A DNA stretch of 64,000 nt from Geosiphon pyriformis uo1. Taxonomy: Eukaryota; Fungi; Glomeromycota. Of the stretch, positions 50,428-63,211 are shown one piece after another. The notes beneath the pieces are model-generated. The model saw only the letters and a list, made by a program, of their open reading frames with translations, was not told the origin of the DNA and searched no databases. The stretch lies in contig JAAOMT010000682.1 of the NCBI GenBank assembly GCA_016748015.1, forward strand, positions 4,709-68,708, written 5' to 3'. How positions within the stretch are numbered: position 1 is the stretch's first letter; the number at the start of each line of letters is the position of its first letter. A program made the position numbers and the translations under genes.

Positions 50428-51026
50428 CATGACAAAAGCAACAAAATAGAAATACCAGACTATATTCACACATTAGCTCAACAATTGTTTCAAGCTTTAA
50501 GTTAATAACAAGTCAACATGGAAATTATTATTAACAATTAAATGATCTGTTATCAAAACACCAAACAAAAAAGGAAAAGTACACTATATCAGTGACTACA
50601 GAAACAATTAATAAACTGATTAGATAAAATAGTAGAGAAAATAAAAAACACTTTTAGAAAAATAACCACCATAGTTTCAACAGAAGAACTGGTGAAAGAA
50701 AATTAGAACCAATAAATAGACCAACTTCTAATACCATACTGCTACTATCAATTGGGACGAAAAGTAGATATTCAAAAGTTATATCTTGACAAATCCAAAA
50801 GAATCTACAATTAAGAAATAGTTTGGAATATCAAAGACATTATTGAAAAGAAAACAAACTTGACATTACACATTAAGACCATTTATTGACTACACACTAT
50901 AATTCAAAACTACTCAGAAGTATTGTTATACTCTGACATGAAAACAATAACTATCAACCAATGAGAAAGAATAAACAATTCACAAATTGAAAAAATAAAG
51001 AGTAGGATGGAACAGATGCTACTTGA
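50428..51026 (+). pseudogene. E3 3' accessory ORF
   Basis: QLAQQLFQAL...PYCYYQLG...NLTLHIKTIY*LH..IQNYSEVLL..MKTITIN; protein-level homologue of the E1 accessory ORF. Confidence 0.68.
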
Positions 51027-51041
51027 AAAAGAAGAAAATAA

Positions 51042-51833
51042 TATTACTTATAAAAAGAAAACAGATATAGAAAATAGTAGACCAATAGGAGAATAGTAGT
51101 TAACATGTGAACACATTGCTTAATAATGTGAAGCAATAATAGAAAATTAGAGCCTATTGTTTAGCAATGTAAGCATTGCTCAAGAAATCATAGCATATTA
51201 CTTGAGAATGTAAATAATCTTGTAAAACATCAATTATGTATATATAGTGGTAGCATTAGAAGAAAAAAAGACAAATCTCTCAATTTAGATTTGATCTAAG
51301 CAACCTTCCAATTAACAAATATTAATAAATAATTATTTGTTATCTTAATCTACTCTTTACTATTAACATTTCATGTTGATAGTATCAAATACTTAACCAT
51401 GCTAGAACAATAGCTTTTGATCATAGAATACTAACATCTATTGTCTTGGCTTATTTTTTTTTATTTTCTTTTGTTATTTTTTTTGTTGTGTACTAATTGA
51501 TTAAAAAAATTAAAGCATTAAAATATTGATGTCAAAGATAGCCTGATAAAAGACCCCAAAAGAAGAGTATAACATTGAGAATCTAAGGATAGCTTACCAG
51601 AAGGGCATCTCTGCCAGATTACCAGCCACTATGCTGAGAAAAAAATTTGATGAAATTGCAATTCCAGGAGGCTACTGAAAACAACTATTGAATCTCTGTC
51701 CATATATAAAAAACTCCACCAAAACTTTTAGATACCTAAAAACCTTCAAAAACTATCAATATTACCAGACCAATTGAGCACCAAGTTACAGATTTGTTAT
51801 TTGCTTTAAGACCCTAAATAATTACTTGTAATA
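51042..51833 (+). repeat. E3 3' LTR
   Basis: TATTAC...GTAATA (decayed termini); preceded by purine tract gaaaaagaagaaaa. Confidence 0.92.
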
Positions 51834-54024
51834 ATATCATCTGTTGTAATAATTACAGTTTGTGCTGATCAATTCATATTTTGTTTGAGTTGTTGTATCA
51901 ATTGATAAGTAATAATGTTTTTGGCAAATTTACTGTCTAAAATTAATTGAATTGGCTTTTTTTTTTACTTTAGCTTCTGTGTATATAGCAGTGATAACTT
52001 TTTGTTTATTAGCTGCTGCATTGCTAAACAAGAATAGTAATTTGTTTGCTTCAAATTTGAAAGGAAAAATATCTGAAAAATTGGCATTTTGGACAATTCT
52101 GGCTGATGGAATTGTGTTGTTAAAAAAGTTTTGTCTTAATGCTACAACTTTATTTTCAGAAAGTGCAATTTGTTGAAAATCTTGTTTTTTGGCTATGATT
52201 AAGTAACTTGGTTGGGTATAATAATAATTAGGTTTTTGTTGACCAGAATTTCGAAAAACCAACTGGTTGTTTGGATTGATTCTGTTATTGTTATTTTGAA
52301 AACAATTTTGAAATATTAATTGGTTTTGGTAAACCAATCTTTGAGCAGATATTTGGTATTGTTGGAAAGATGTTGTTTGATATTGTTAAGTCTGTGAAAG
52401 TTGTTAATATTGTTGTTGTAGAGCTGGTTAATAGAAATTATTCTGTTGCTAAGGTCTGAAAAAATAATAATCTGTTAATGGAAATTGGTAATAAGATTGC
52501 TAAGGTTGAGAATAATATTGATTATTTCTGTTTTGTTGGTCTTTTTGTATTTTTCTACAATTTCATTTTCAATATTCTGGAATTTCACAATAGTGACAGC
52601 TTTGAGTTTGATTATTTAGTATTAAAAAATTACTTGGGTTTTGTCATTGTAGGGGTTAATATCTTTGTAGTTGCTGTTGTTGTTGATTAATGAAATAGTT
52701 TTCAACCTTTTTTATAAGTTGGTCAATTTTCTCTTCAGCAGTTAAGCTGGTTTTTTTAATAGCAAAATTTACAAGTTTGATATGATTTGCTTCTTCTATT
52801 GCTATTTCATATTTTTTTGCATATTAAATAGCTGTAGCTAAGTCTTTTGGAGCATATGAGCAAACTTTCTTAATAAGTTTGTCTTTTAATCTTGCAATGA
52901 ACTAATTCAAAATTTGGGCATTGGAATAGTAATTGTTGGTTTTCAATTGTCAGATTTGTTAAAAAAGTTTGTTGAATTTTCTAAGATAGGTCATGATAAA
53001 TTTAGATAGTTCTTGCTTGATGTTTTGAAATTGGTTTTGGAGGGTAATAGAAGTGTTATTGTCAGTAAATTGTTCCAGGAAAGTAATTTTAAATGCTTGC
53101 CAATCTTTGAAAAGTTCAGCCAAGTTTTTGAACTATTTGCCTGCAGTTTTTTAAAAGAAATAAGAGATTGCTTTGAGCATTCTGGCAGCAGTCCATTTAT
53201 TTGTATCTCCTGCTTTCTGAACTTTGTCAAGCCATTTTTGTGAGTTGGTGTTAACATCTTTTCTTGTAAATTTAGTGATTTTTACAATATATGTAGTTGC
53301 TATTTTTTCTTTATTTTTAGTTGTTTCTTTTTGTTTGGATTTGGTTTCTTTATTTTTTGGGTTTTTTGAATGATTACTTTGATTTTTTTTTAAGTAATCA
53401 AAAAGATTGGTGCTAGTTGATATTAGTTTCTGCTGTTAAATAAAACTTTTTGTTAAAGTGAAATCTTTTGGCTTCAAAAATCAAATAAGAAGTGAATTTA
53501 GTGTTTGTGATTGAGCAAGTAAAATTAGAAATAGTGTATTAGAAAGTCGTAATTTGATACTAGTTTTTTGTTTAGATGCTTATAGATGTTTATAGATGTT
53601 TAACAGATGTTTTTGGTGTATTGTGAGTTGTATGACTAACTTAAAATGCCTTCATTTGCCTTCTGTTGTTGTTATTTTTTGGTTTTAATTCAAAGTTAAG
53701 AGAATATTTGGACTGTACTGGGTATTTTTTTTCACAATATTAAATAATATTAAAATTAAGTTCTTGAAAGTAGGTGTCAAGTGTTTTACTGTTATGGTCT
53801 TTAGTTTTTAGATGTGAATAGTGCAATAGATTGTTGTAGAAATTGCTTTTTACTTCTGAAATATTGTAGTTTCTAAAAAGATAATTATTGATGCAGTTTT
53901 TAATGTATTGATATAGTAATTTCTTGAAAATTTCAATTTCGTCTTAAATGTTGAATCTTTGCTTGCAGTAAGTGTAAATTGATTGATAATACTTTAGAGT
54001 TGTTGTATTTGCTAAAGTCACCAC
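51834..54024 (-). pseudogene. E4 gag and protease N-half
   Basis: GTG at 54024; TKFTRKDVN-type gag core; DIFPFKFEAN..TAIYTEAKV. Confidence 0.8.
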
Positions 54025-54069
54025 TTTGAATTTGTTGTTACTGTGTTTTTTCTGTGAAAGAGCACCAAA

Positions 54070-55045
54070 TATTACCAGAGATTTTTGGTCTTTTTTTTTG
54101 AATGTTGTTAATATGTATTTGCTGTGAATTTACATTCTTAGAAAGTAGTTGAACCTTTGATAACTGAATTTATCTTCAAATTATCTTCTATAATTTGAAT
54201 TGCTGGACTTATAAGTAAAATGGCCAATTTTGTGCCAGTTACTTTATGTAGTTATATTGTAGTAAATGCCAACTTTTTTCTAGGAATTGCTTATTTGAAA
54301 GTTTACTAAAAATGTGTAGTTATTTTGCTGTAAAAGTCAACTTTTTTACAAGAATTTTGTCTGTAGACTACTTTAATAATTATAATAAAAAAAGTAAAGG
54401 AAAATAAAAAAAATGTAAAAAAAATGTAAAAAAAATGAAATGTTTGTCAAGGGAATCATTTTCTATTCAGGTTTGGAGTTATTAACAAATTATTAAAATT
54501 GGTAGTTAATCAATTTCAAAAACATTAGTTGGGTTTTTGGAATTTTCAAGTGTAATAATTAAAGATTTGGGTTTTCAAATATTTTATTTTTATTTAGTTT
54601 ATGTAAGAATATGTAAAGATAATTTGTTCTAATTAAGATATCTAAAGTAAGATAATAAGATACATTTTCTTAAAAAAAGAAGCTCTTCTTTTATATAACT
54701 TGTTGTGATACTAGTTTTTAAACTTGTACTTTTCTCTTTTCTCTAATTTTGGTAAACTAAAAATACATTTCAGTAAACTACAAGTTATTTTCACAAACTA
54801 TTAATTATTTCGGCCAATTTCTGCTAATTTCGACGAATTTTTGAATATTAAATAATTCAGAGTATTGTGTAATTTAATTATTTTAATTTTTATGGTACAA
54901 ATCGAGTTATTAATTGAATGATAATATTTGATAATTTGATTAAATAATAAGTAATAATGGAATTAATAATAATATATACTAATTATTAATAGAAATTATA
55001 AGAGTAATTTCATGCTAATTAATAGCTAAAATTCTACTGATAATA
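54070..55045 (-). repeat. E4 5' LTR
   Basis: Repeat of 24680-25611; adjacent PBS. Confidence 0.92.
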
Positions 55046-56110
55046 TTACATTCAAGAAAAATTGAGTATCTAATTGTGCTTTGGCCAAGTTAAACTTAGA
55101 TAATCTTTTTATTGATAAAAATATATCTTAATACCAATAAAATTCATTTTTTCTAACTACTACAATTGATAAGTCACTAATAAACAAAAAAGTTTTCTTA
55201 ACACTTTGGTTGATAGAAATGGCAACTGTTTTCTCAACATTTATAAAAATGTCATTAATTGTAAAGAATTCACTGGTTCTATCCAAAATGTACTGTATAA
55301 TTGTTTAATTATTGTAAATCCAAATTGTATTATTTATAAAAGTTCTAACAACAAGGTAAGTAACTATTTTGGCTTAAGTTTTTATTTTGCCAGTTTTTGT
55401 TACATACTTTGAATTAACTCTGTATTTATATAAATGGTCATATCTTTTAATTTCACACAAAAAAAAGTCATAAAAAATCCTTCAAAAAAGTAGTGAAAAG
55501 ACTTTATCTTAATCAAATCTATCTTGTATCTTATAACTATTTGAAAAGCCAAAGTCTGTTATTATTTTGTTGGTTCAGTTCAAGTAAATGTTTTCAAAAA
55601 CTTAATAAATCTATTGCACATTTTAATATGTTTTAAACTAATTTTCAAATGATGTTATTTAATCAAATTATATGTTTTATACATATCTTAAAAAACTAGC
55701 CAAAACTTATAATCTTTTTTTAAAGCATTTTTTATTAATAAACTAATAGCAAAAATAAGAAATTGAGTTATAATATTCTTTAAAACTAAAAAATTGTTAT
55801 CTTAGAGAATGTTAAATTCACTATAAGTTGATAAAATACAATTTGATAAAATTTTAGACAAAATTTTTCTTGCTATTTTGATTAATACAATAGGCTATGT
55901 GTTTATAAGAATTCTATCCCATTTATATGACTTGAGGATTATAAAGATCCAGACATTTTTTCAAATAACTAGAATATTACTATAAATTAAACAAAAGTTT
56001 AACAAATTTAAAAGACATCCTAATACTAAATTATCACAATATTTCTAAAATTTATTTAATATTCCTAAAAGATTGGCAGCTTTGTTATCAGGCAAGTTTT
56101 TAATTAAGAT
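55046..56110 (-). mobile_element. LINE-B segment 3 (RT region; 5'-truncated)
   Basis: LPDNKAA, PIVLIKIARKILSKI, DMYKTYNL, SKFNLAKAQL; colinear with LINE-A ~7670-8720. Confidence 0.8.
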
Positions 56111-56433
56111 TCCAATTGAACCAAATTGAACTGAACTTTGAATGTTGTTTAAATTCAGTTTGAATTATAAACCAAATTTAAATTAAACCAATTTTTTAAA
56201 GTAAATTTAGTTTGAATTTAGCATTAAATTTTTTTAACAACTCTGAGTTTAATTCAAGTCTAGTTCAAAGTTTACAAACTTGTTTAAGTTTGATGGAATT
56301 AAAAAAATATATAACTTATACTACTTGTTTATCAATTATTATTTTGTTTAATTATTATAATTAATTAAAAAAATATATAAAACTATGCATATATAATAAC
56401 TCCATTTTTCAACTTACCAAAATAAATTCATTG

Positions 56434-57293
56434 TGTTATAGGTAATTATTTGGGTAGTTGAAGTAAATAACAAATTTGTAACTTGGTATTCAATTGATAT
56501 AAAATAATAATAATCTGAAGGTTTTCACATTCTGAAGGTTTTGATTGAGTTTTTTGTATAATGGACAGAGATTTTCGTGTTATTTTATCTGTAGCTTCCC
56601 AGAATCACAATTCAGTCAATTTTTTTTCAGCTTAGTGGCCAGCAATTTTTTGGTAAGCAATTCATAATTTTTATGCATTTTACCCACTTATAAAGGTTTT
56701 TTACTAGACAATTTTTAACATCAATAACTCAGTGTTTAATCTTTAAAAAGTTTAGTAAACCACTAACAAGATACAAAAATAAAAAAAAGATAAAATAAAG
56801 ACAATTTAGCCATGATCAAAAGCTATTGTTTCTGTGTAGTTTAAGTATCAATTATTATTAACATTTAGAGTTGATAGCAAGCAATTAGATTTGAAATGCT
56901 GAATAAGTATATTTATTGATATTTAAAATGATATGGTTTCTAATTAGAAAACAATAACTAATAAATTTCTGTTTGGAAATTCTGTTTTTTTTGCTTCTAA
57001 TGCTACTATTATATATACATATTTTCTAGTTTTATAGAATTGCTTTGGATCATCTGTTCTTACTAGCTATTGCTTTATTTTCTTATATTATAACTAATTA
57101 TCTTATATTATAGCACGTTATCTGATGTTATTATATGTTATTCTGTGTTATTCTGTATTATAACACATTATTCTATGTTATAACATATTATCCAACATTA
57201 TTGCACATTATTCTGTGTCTTTTCATGTTTTGTCATGTTTTTTTAGATCATGTTTTTTTTTTTTTTTGATAGGCTTTCTTTTTTTAAGTAACA
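56434..57293 (-). repeat. E5 3' LTR
   Basis: TGTTAT...GTAACA; repeat of 63212-64000. Confidence 0.92.
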
Positions 57294-60200
57294 TTAATTT
57301 TTTTTTTAATATTGAGCTCCTGTAAAATTAGTTGTGTCTGTTAATAGAACTTCATTTGTGTAATGTTTAATGGTTATGTCAACTATGGTTTTTTGTAGAT
57401 CTTTAAACTATTGATTAAGTCATTTGTTCTATGTTGTTGACTGTTATCTTTTTCAAAAATCCATCCAATAATATGTTTGAACAATGTTGGAAAGCAATAT
57501 ATAATCGACATGCTGCTTTGTAGTGTAGTGTTAGATTGCTCTTTTTTACAAATTTTTCTACTTGTTACATTGCTTCTTTGTTGAAAGTTTTCTGGTTGTA
57601 GCCTTTATATGGGGTTTTTAAGTTTAATTGTTCTCCAATTTTGTAAAACCAATATGTTGAAAGGAGTCTTTCTTTCCACTTCTGGGCATTGTTTAGTGTT
57701 TACTTATACTTGATATTTTTGGTTTGAAGCTGGTAAAATAGTTGAGCAAGTTTGGAAAAGTTTTTAATAAAATGGCAGTAGTAACTTGCAAATCTCAAGA
57801 ATGCCCATAGTTTAATCAAGTTGATTGGTACTGGAAATTTCTTTACTATCTCAATCTTATCTGGATCTGTTTTGATGCCATCTTTGCTTATGACATGTTT
57901 CAAGAATTTTAATTCTGTTTTGCTAAAGAAGCATTTGTTTGTATTCAATTTTAATCCTGTACATTTGAGTTTTTTGAAAACTTGTTGGAGATGATAAAAA
58001 TGATTATCAAATGTTTTTAAAAACACATTGGTGTTATCCAAATATACGACTACTGATTTTCATAGTAATCCAATGTAAACAATTTTCATTAATCATTGGA
58101 ATATGGCTGGAGCATTTATTAAGCCAAATGGCATTACTTCAAATTCAAAATTTCTCTTTTTTTTTGTGAATGCAGTCTTTTTTTTGTTGGCTAAATTTAT
58201 GGCTACTTGCTAGTAACCACTATCTAAATCCAATGTTGAAAACCATTTCTTTCCACTGAAAGCATCAAATAATTTTTGGATCTGTGAAATCAGATAACTG
58301 TCTCCATGAATAACTCTATTGAGTTTTCTATAATCCACACAAAAGCGAATTTTTCTGTTCTTCTTATGGACTAGTACTATTGGCAATGACCATAGACTCA
58401 TGGATGGTTGAATTAATCTGTTGTCTAGCATTTGATTGATTTCTTGTCAGATGATTTCATGGCTGGCTGGTGGTATTCTGTATGCTTTTTGTTTAATTGG
58501 TATGACATTTCCAGTCTTAATCCAATGTTGAATAATGTTAGTTTTGCCAAACTTATTTTCACTCACAAAAATATCAGTGAAATTGTTAAGTAGCATTTTG
58601 ATTTGTATATGTTGTAGTGAGTCTAAGTTTCCCAAGTTTATTTGTTTCAATTGTTCTGATTGGAGCAAATAACATTTATTTCATCCATATATAGCTTGTA
58701 ATGTGATGTTCACATATTTACATAGTTGTGAGAAATCTGAAATGTGGTTTGGTAATTGGTCCTCAACTTTAGTGGTTAAATATTCAATGATAGTTTCTTT
58801 TGGTATTTTGACAATGTCTCCAGTCATGTTGTAAATGGAGATTTTAATATGATAATAGTTCTTGGCTGGTATATAGAGATTAGTAAGTCCAATCTCTTCT
58901 GACTCACAAATAGTTGGCTCTGCTTCAAAAATCTGGGCTTGATCCTTTACTTTCTTTTCTATCATTAACATATACTAATCATATGATAGAATAGAAATTG
59001 GTTGACAGATGGAAATAATTTTTCTCTTGTCAACAACTTTTTCTTCTGTCATATTGACTGGTATGTCTATTCTATTCGTGAATTCAAATCCATTTATCCC
59101 TCTTGCTGTAATCCCTAATTTTTCCCTATTTTCTACTAAAACTAACTGAACTACTTTAACCAAAGACAGAAATATTGCCTGTGCTATCTTTTTATTTGGT
59201 TCTATGATGTAGGTTTTTTCTGAGTTATTTTGTAACATTGCAATAATATTTTTTACATATTCTGTATCAATTATTCCTCCTTGTATATTAATTTTCTTTT
59301 TTACTAAACTATTCTTAGATGCTAGTTAAACCATAGTAGTTGCTAAAATTTCCAGTGCTATTTTGAGATTAATACAGGTGTGCAAATGTGGTTCCAATTT
59401 GATGGCTTCTTTTCCTAAGTATTTCAAATCAAATTTTGTATCAGTATTATGTGCACATTCTGGCATAATATCTTTATTATTATCACTAAACTATTTAAGT
59501 TTCTGCTCCTTAAAAAGATTCAGAAGTATAATGTATTGTTTGGAATTTAAATTGGAGTTTGAATTGTTATTATTTTGGTTGTTATATTGGACAAAGCTGG
59601 AACCATTGTTATTATCATCATTGTTGTTGAAGTTTAAATTGGGATTAAACATTGATTCCAATTCAGATATACAGCTGTTAATTGGTTCTTTCTCTTCTAA
59701 AATTGTGTAGATCATGCATGATGGTAGATTGTAAATGAGGTCACACTTATTACAATATTGAAAGTTACAGAGAATTAGACAATGTTGACACAGTTGAGTG
59801 TTCAACTGCTCTAAATGTTGTTCTTGTTCTTTCTTGGTATGTGTTAATTCTTGGTAATTTTTGTGAAATTGTTCTGGATCTATAGAGTCTAAGACAATAT
59901 CTGAATTTGGGCCCCAATCAAGTTTTATAGGTTCTGGTAGATTGTTTTTGATTGTTTTTATTTCTTTTGGTAATGCTTCTTTGATTTTGGTGAAGACCAT
60001 ATGCCAAATTTTATTATTGTTATGTGGACAACTGTCCAGATATTTGACTGCTTGTTATCAAATGACTTCTATGGAAGTTTTTTTTCTTACCCAGTTACTA
60101 ATTAGAATCATGTATTAGCACAATTTGTCACAAGTTTTTCCTCATCTAGAGATGTTATTTCATATTTTTTTATCTAACAGAGTCTCTTTACAAGTCATGC

Positions 60201-63200
60201 ATAGCTCATTGTCTTATTTTTTTTGTTTTTTTGGTTATCCAAACTGTTTGAAGATGCAGAAATGACAATAGAACTTTGTTGCCATTGGCCATTCCTTATT
60301 GTTGCTACAGCATGTGCCCATTGATGACAATTTCTTACCACAGTCGACACATACTAGCTTTGGTTGACAGTAGTTTGGCTGGTTTTGTGTGGTGGTGATG
60401 TATGGAGTATGAGTGAAGGTACTTGCTTGTGGTGAGTCATTTTCTATTTCTTTTTCTTTTTTTGTTGTTGTTTCAAGAAGGTATGGGCAGCAATTTATTG
60501 TGGTTTTTATTAGCCCACAAGACTTGGTAGGCTTCTCAAGTAGGTTTTTTCATTTCCTCTTTAAATTCAATTAGTGGTTGTGTGATGATTGGCTTGAAGT
60601 GTCCACAGATTGCTGATACTCATGTGTGATAATCATGTTGGCTAAGCTAGAGCTCCTACATAATCCAGTCGAGCATTGCATTGGTTTTAGACAACCAGTT
60701 ATTACTAATGAGAGCTTGGTACTAAATGGCTTTCATGACTAAAACCTTGATTGGTACAATAATACTATTAACTTCAATAGAAAATTGTTAATTTTGTCAA
60801 TTGAAGTTTTGGTAGCTCTATTAGCAGTAATAATTTTGGTACTGGCAGCATGATCAACTTGGCAACCTAATTGGTCTATGAGTTGTCATGTGATGATGCT
60901 GCCTGCTGTACTATTGTCTAGATCAGCTTGATGGCCTGCCCATTAATCTTGGCATTAGTGTATATGGCAGTAATAAGTTTTGTATTAAGGGCAGTTTTAT
61001 TAAAAAAAGGGGTTTTAGTTGGTTTCTTAATTTTGAAGGAAAAAATGGCTGCTAACAATTTGTTGTTGGTAATGGTAGCTGAAGATATGTTGTTGTTAAT
61101 CATTTGCTTCAAGAAGATTTCCAGATTGTTGGTTAAGGTGTTTTCTGAAGTAACCAAGAAACTCAGATAGTTCTGAAAACTCAGATTTTGGTTGTACCTA
61201 TTTTCCAAATTTCTGGAACATAATTCTAAAGTGTGTTTGGATAAACTGGAGATTGGTTGATAAAAAACTATTGTTAATCTCCAGTTTTGCTAAACAATTC
61301 TCAGTCTTTGGTTTTTGGGTAATGTTTGGGTTGAATTTTGTGATGGAATTTGAATTTGTTGAGGTTGATATATCACTTGTGGCTGCAGTTGGTAGATAAC
61401 TGGTGCTAGGGTTTGATACATTGGGGTTTAGTAAATTGGTTGCTGTACTACTTGAATGTAATGTAGTTAATAATAATCTTGATTTGGATAGTGGTTTGAA
61501 GTTTGAAATCTGTGATTGGGGTTTTAATATTAATTTTCTGACTGTGGTTGATTGTAATATGCCCTGTAGTTAGCTCTAAGATAATTTTGTTTACCATAAT
61601 TGTAAAAAATACATGTCTTCTGTTGCCATAGTTAATTGACTGATAATGGTAGACATGTCTGATTTTAAGACTAACTAGAGTTTTCTGAGTTGTTGTAATG
61701 TTGTGAAGGTTGATAAATAAACTGATTGTTATTAGCTAAGTACCCTTCAATTTTCTGATTAATGAAATCACTGAATTGTTTCAGCTTAGAATCCCATTTA
61801 GATGACTCATTTATTACTAGATTTACAGCTTGGACATAATTGGTTTTAAGTTCAGCAGCTTCAAAATCTCTGACATTTGTGACTACAGCTTGGAAATCTG
61901 TCAGGTGTAGTGGACATACATGTTGGAGTATGCTACTGTACAGGCCATGAATAAATTGGTTCAAGATTTGTGGTACTGTAAAATAATCAGCTTGTATTGT
62001 CTAAATTTGGCATAGGTTTCTATAAAAGTGTTCCAAGTAAGTAGTAACTGCTTTGGCATTTCTTTGTTTAATAGTGGTAAAGGTATTGGCCAAGCAATTG
62101 ATGCTGTTATTGTTGCTAAAATATCTTAGAAACTTAAGCTTAAATGTGTTAAAATCTTGGGCTTTGTTTACTAAGCTTTAGTATCATGAATTGGCAGTAT
62201 TCTGAAAAAAATATAGAATGGCTTGTAGGGCTCTGTCATTATTTCATCTATTGGCTGTGATGGTTTTTTCTACATCATTTAGCCACACTTGTACATTATC
62301 TTTCTCACCAGTAAATTTTTCTATTTTTGCAATTGGAGCATAGGCCATAGATGCAAAGGGTTGCTGCTGTAATGGCAATTGTTAAAGTAGTTGTTGTGGT
62401 TGCTGCTAAGGTTGTATGGGTTGTTGTAGTGGTTTGGCAATTGAGTCAATGGATGGTTGATTAATTAATTAATATTATCAGGTTTGGGATTGTTCTAAGT
62501 TTGAATATTCAGAGTTTTAATTTCTGGGTTTTCTACAATTGAGTTTTAATAGTTGAATTTTTGATTCTTGTCTTCCTTTTCTTCTGATTCAGTTACTTTT
62601 CAAGGATTAGCTATTCCAAAATCTGGTTGGAGTAATGGTAATTGAAATCCTGATGGCATAGTTAATTACAATTTAAATTTTTCAAAGTATTTGCCATACA
62701 TATCTAATAAGTCAGCTTTTAATTGTTTGCTTTGAAATAAGATTCAAGCTAGTGGTGTTTTCATGAATGATAATATGAATCCTGATGATATATTAATGAT
62801 ACTTTCTGAGATGTGGTAATAGGATGGATGTGTTGATGAATTGACTCTTTGTTTCTTCCAAGTGAGTACTTGTATTTCTTTAAGTATTATTGGTGGTGTT
62901 TGCAATCTTCCTTTGTCTTTGTTTGTGTAGATGATTAGGTATCTTTGTTGAGTGTGGATTTCAATTTCTTTATTGATTTCCATGAGGATTGCTAAAAAAT
63001 TATGATTTATTGGTAGGCTGGTATTTTGAATTAATTCATTGTAAAAATTTTTTCTAGCTGAGTCAGTTTCTATTAGTACTTCCAGCAAATATGAAATTCT
63101 CTTGTTGACATAAAAGTTGAAGGCTGATTTTGCTAATAGGTAATTGTTAGTTAATCCCAAGTATTAATAGTAGTGTTGAAATAAGAATTATACCTTACAG

Positions 63201-63211
63201 GGAGTACCAAA

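Larger units (their letters stand above)
31172..51833 (+). mobile_element. E3: degenerate Ty3/Gypsy element inserted in E4 protease
   Basis: LTRs 31172-31969 and 51042-51833; PBS TGGTGCTCTCTGTGAGG 31972-31988; TSD ATGC/ATAT; E4 rejoins as IITTDG|MKKTPI. Confidence 0.92.
24680..55045 (-). mobile_element. E4: degenerate Ty3/Gypsy element, host of E3
   Basis: LTRs 24680-25611 and 54070-55045; TSD CCAC/TTAC; LINE-B frame rejoins (FFLN|VVLHKAIS); PBS TGGTGCTCT at ~54059-54067. Confidence 0.9.
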
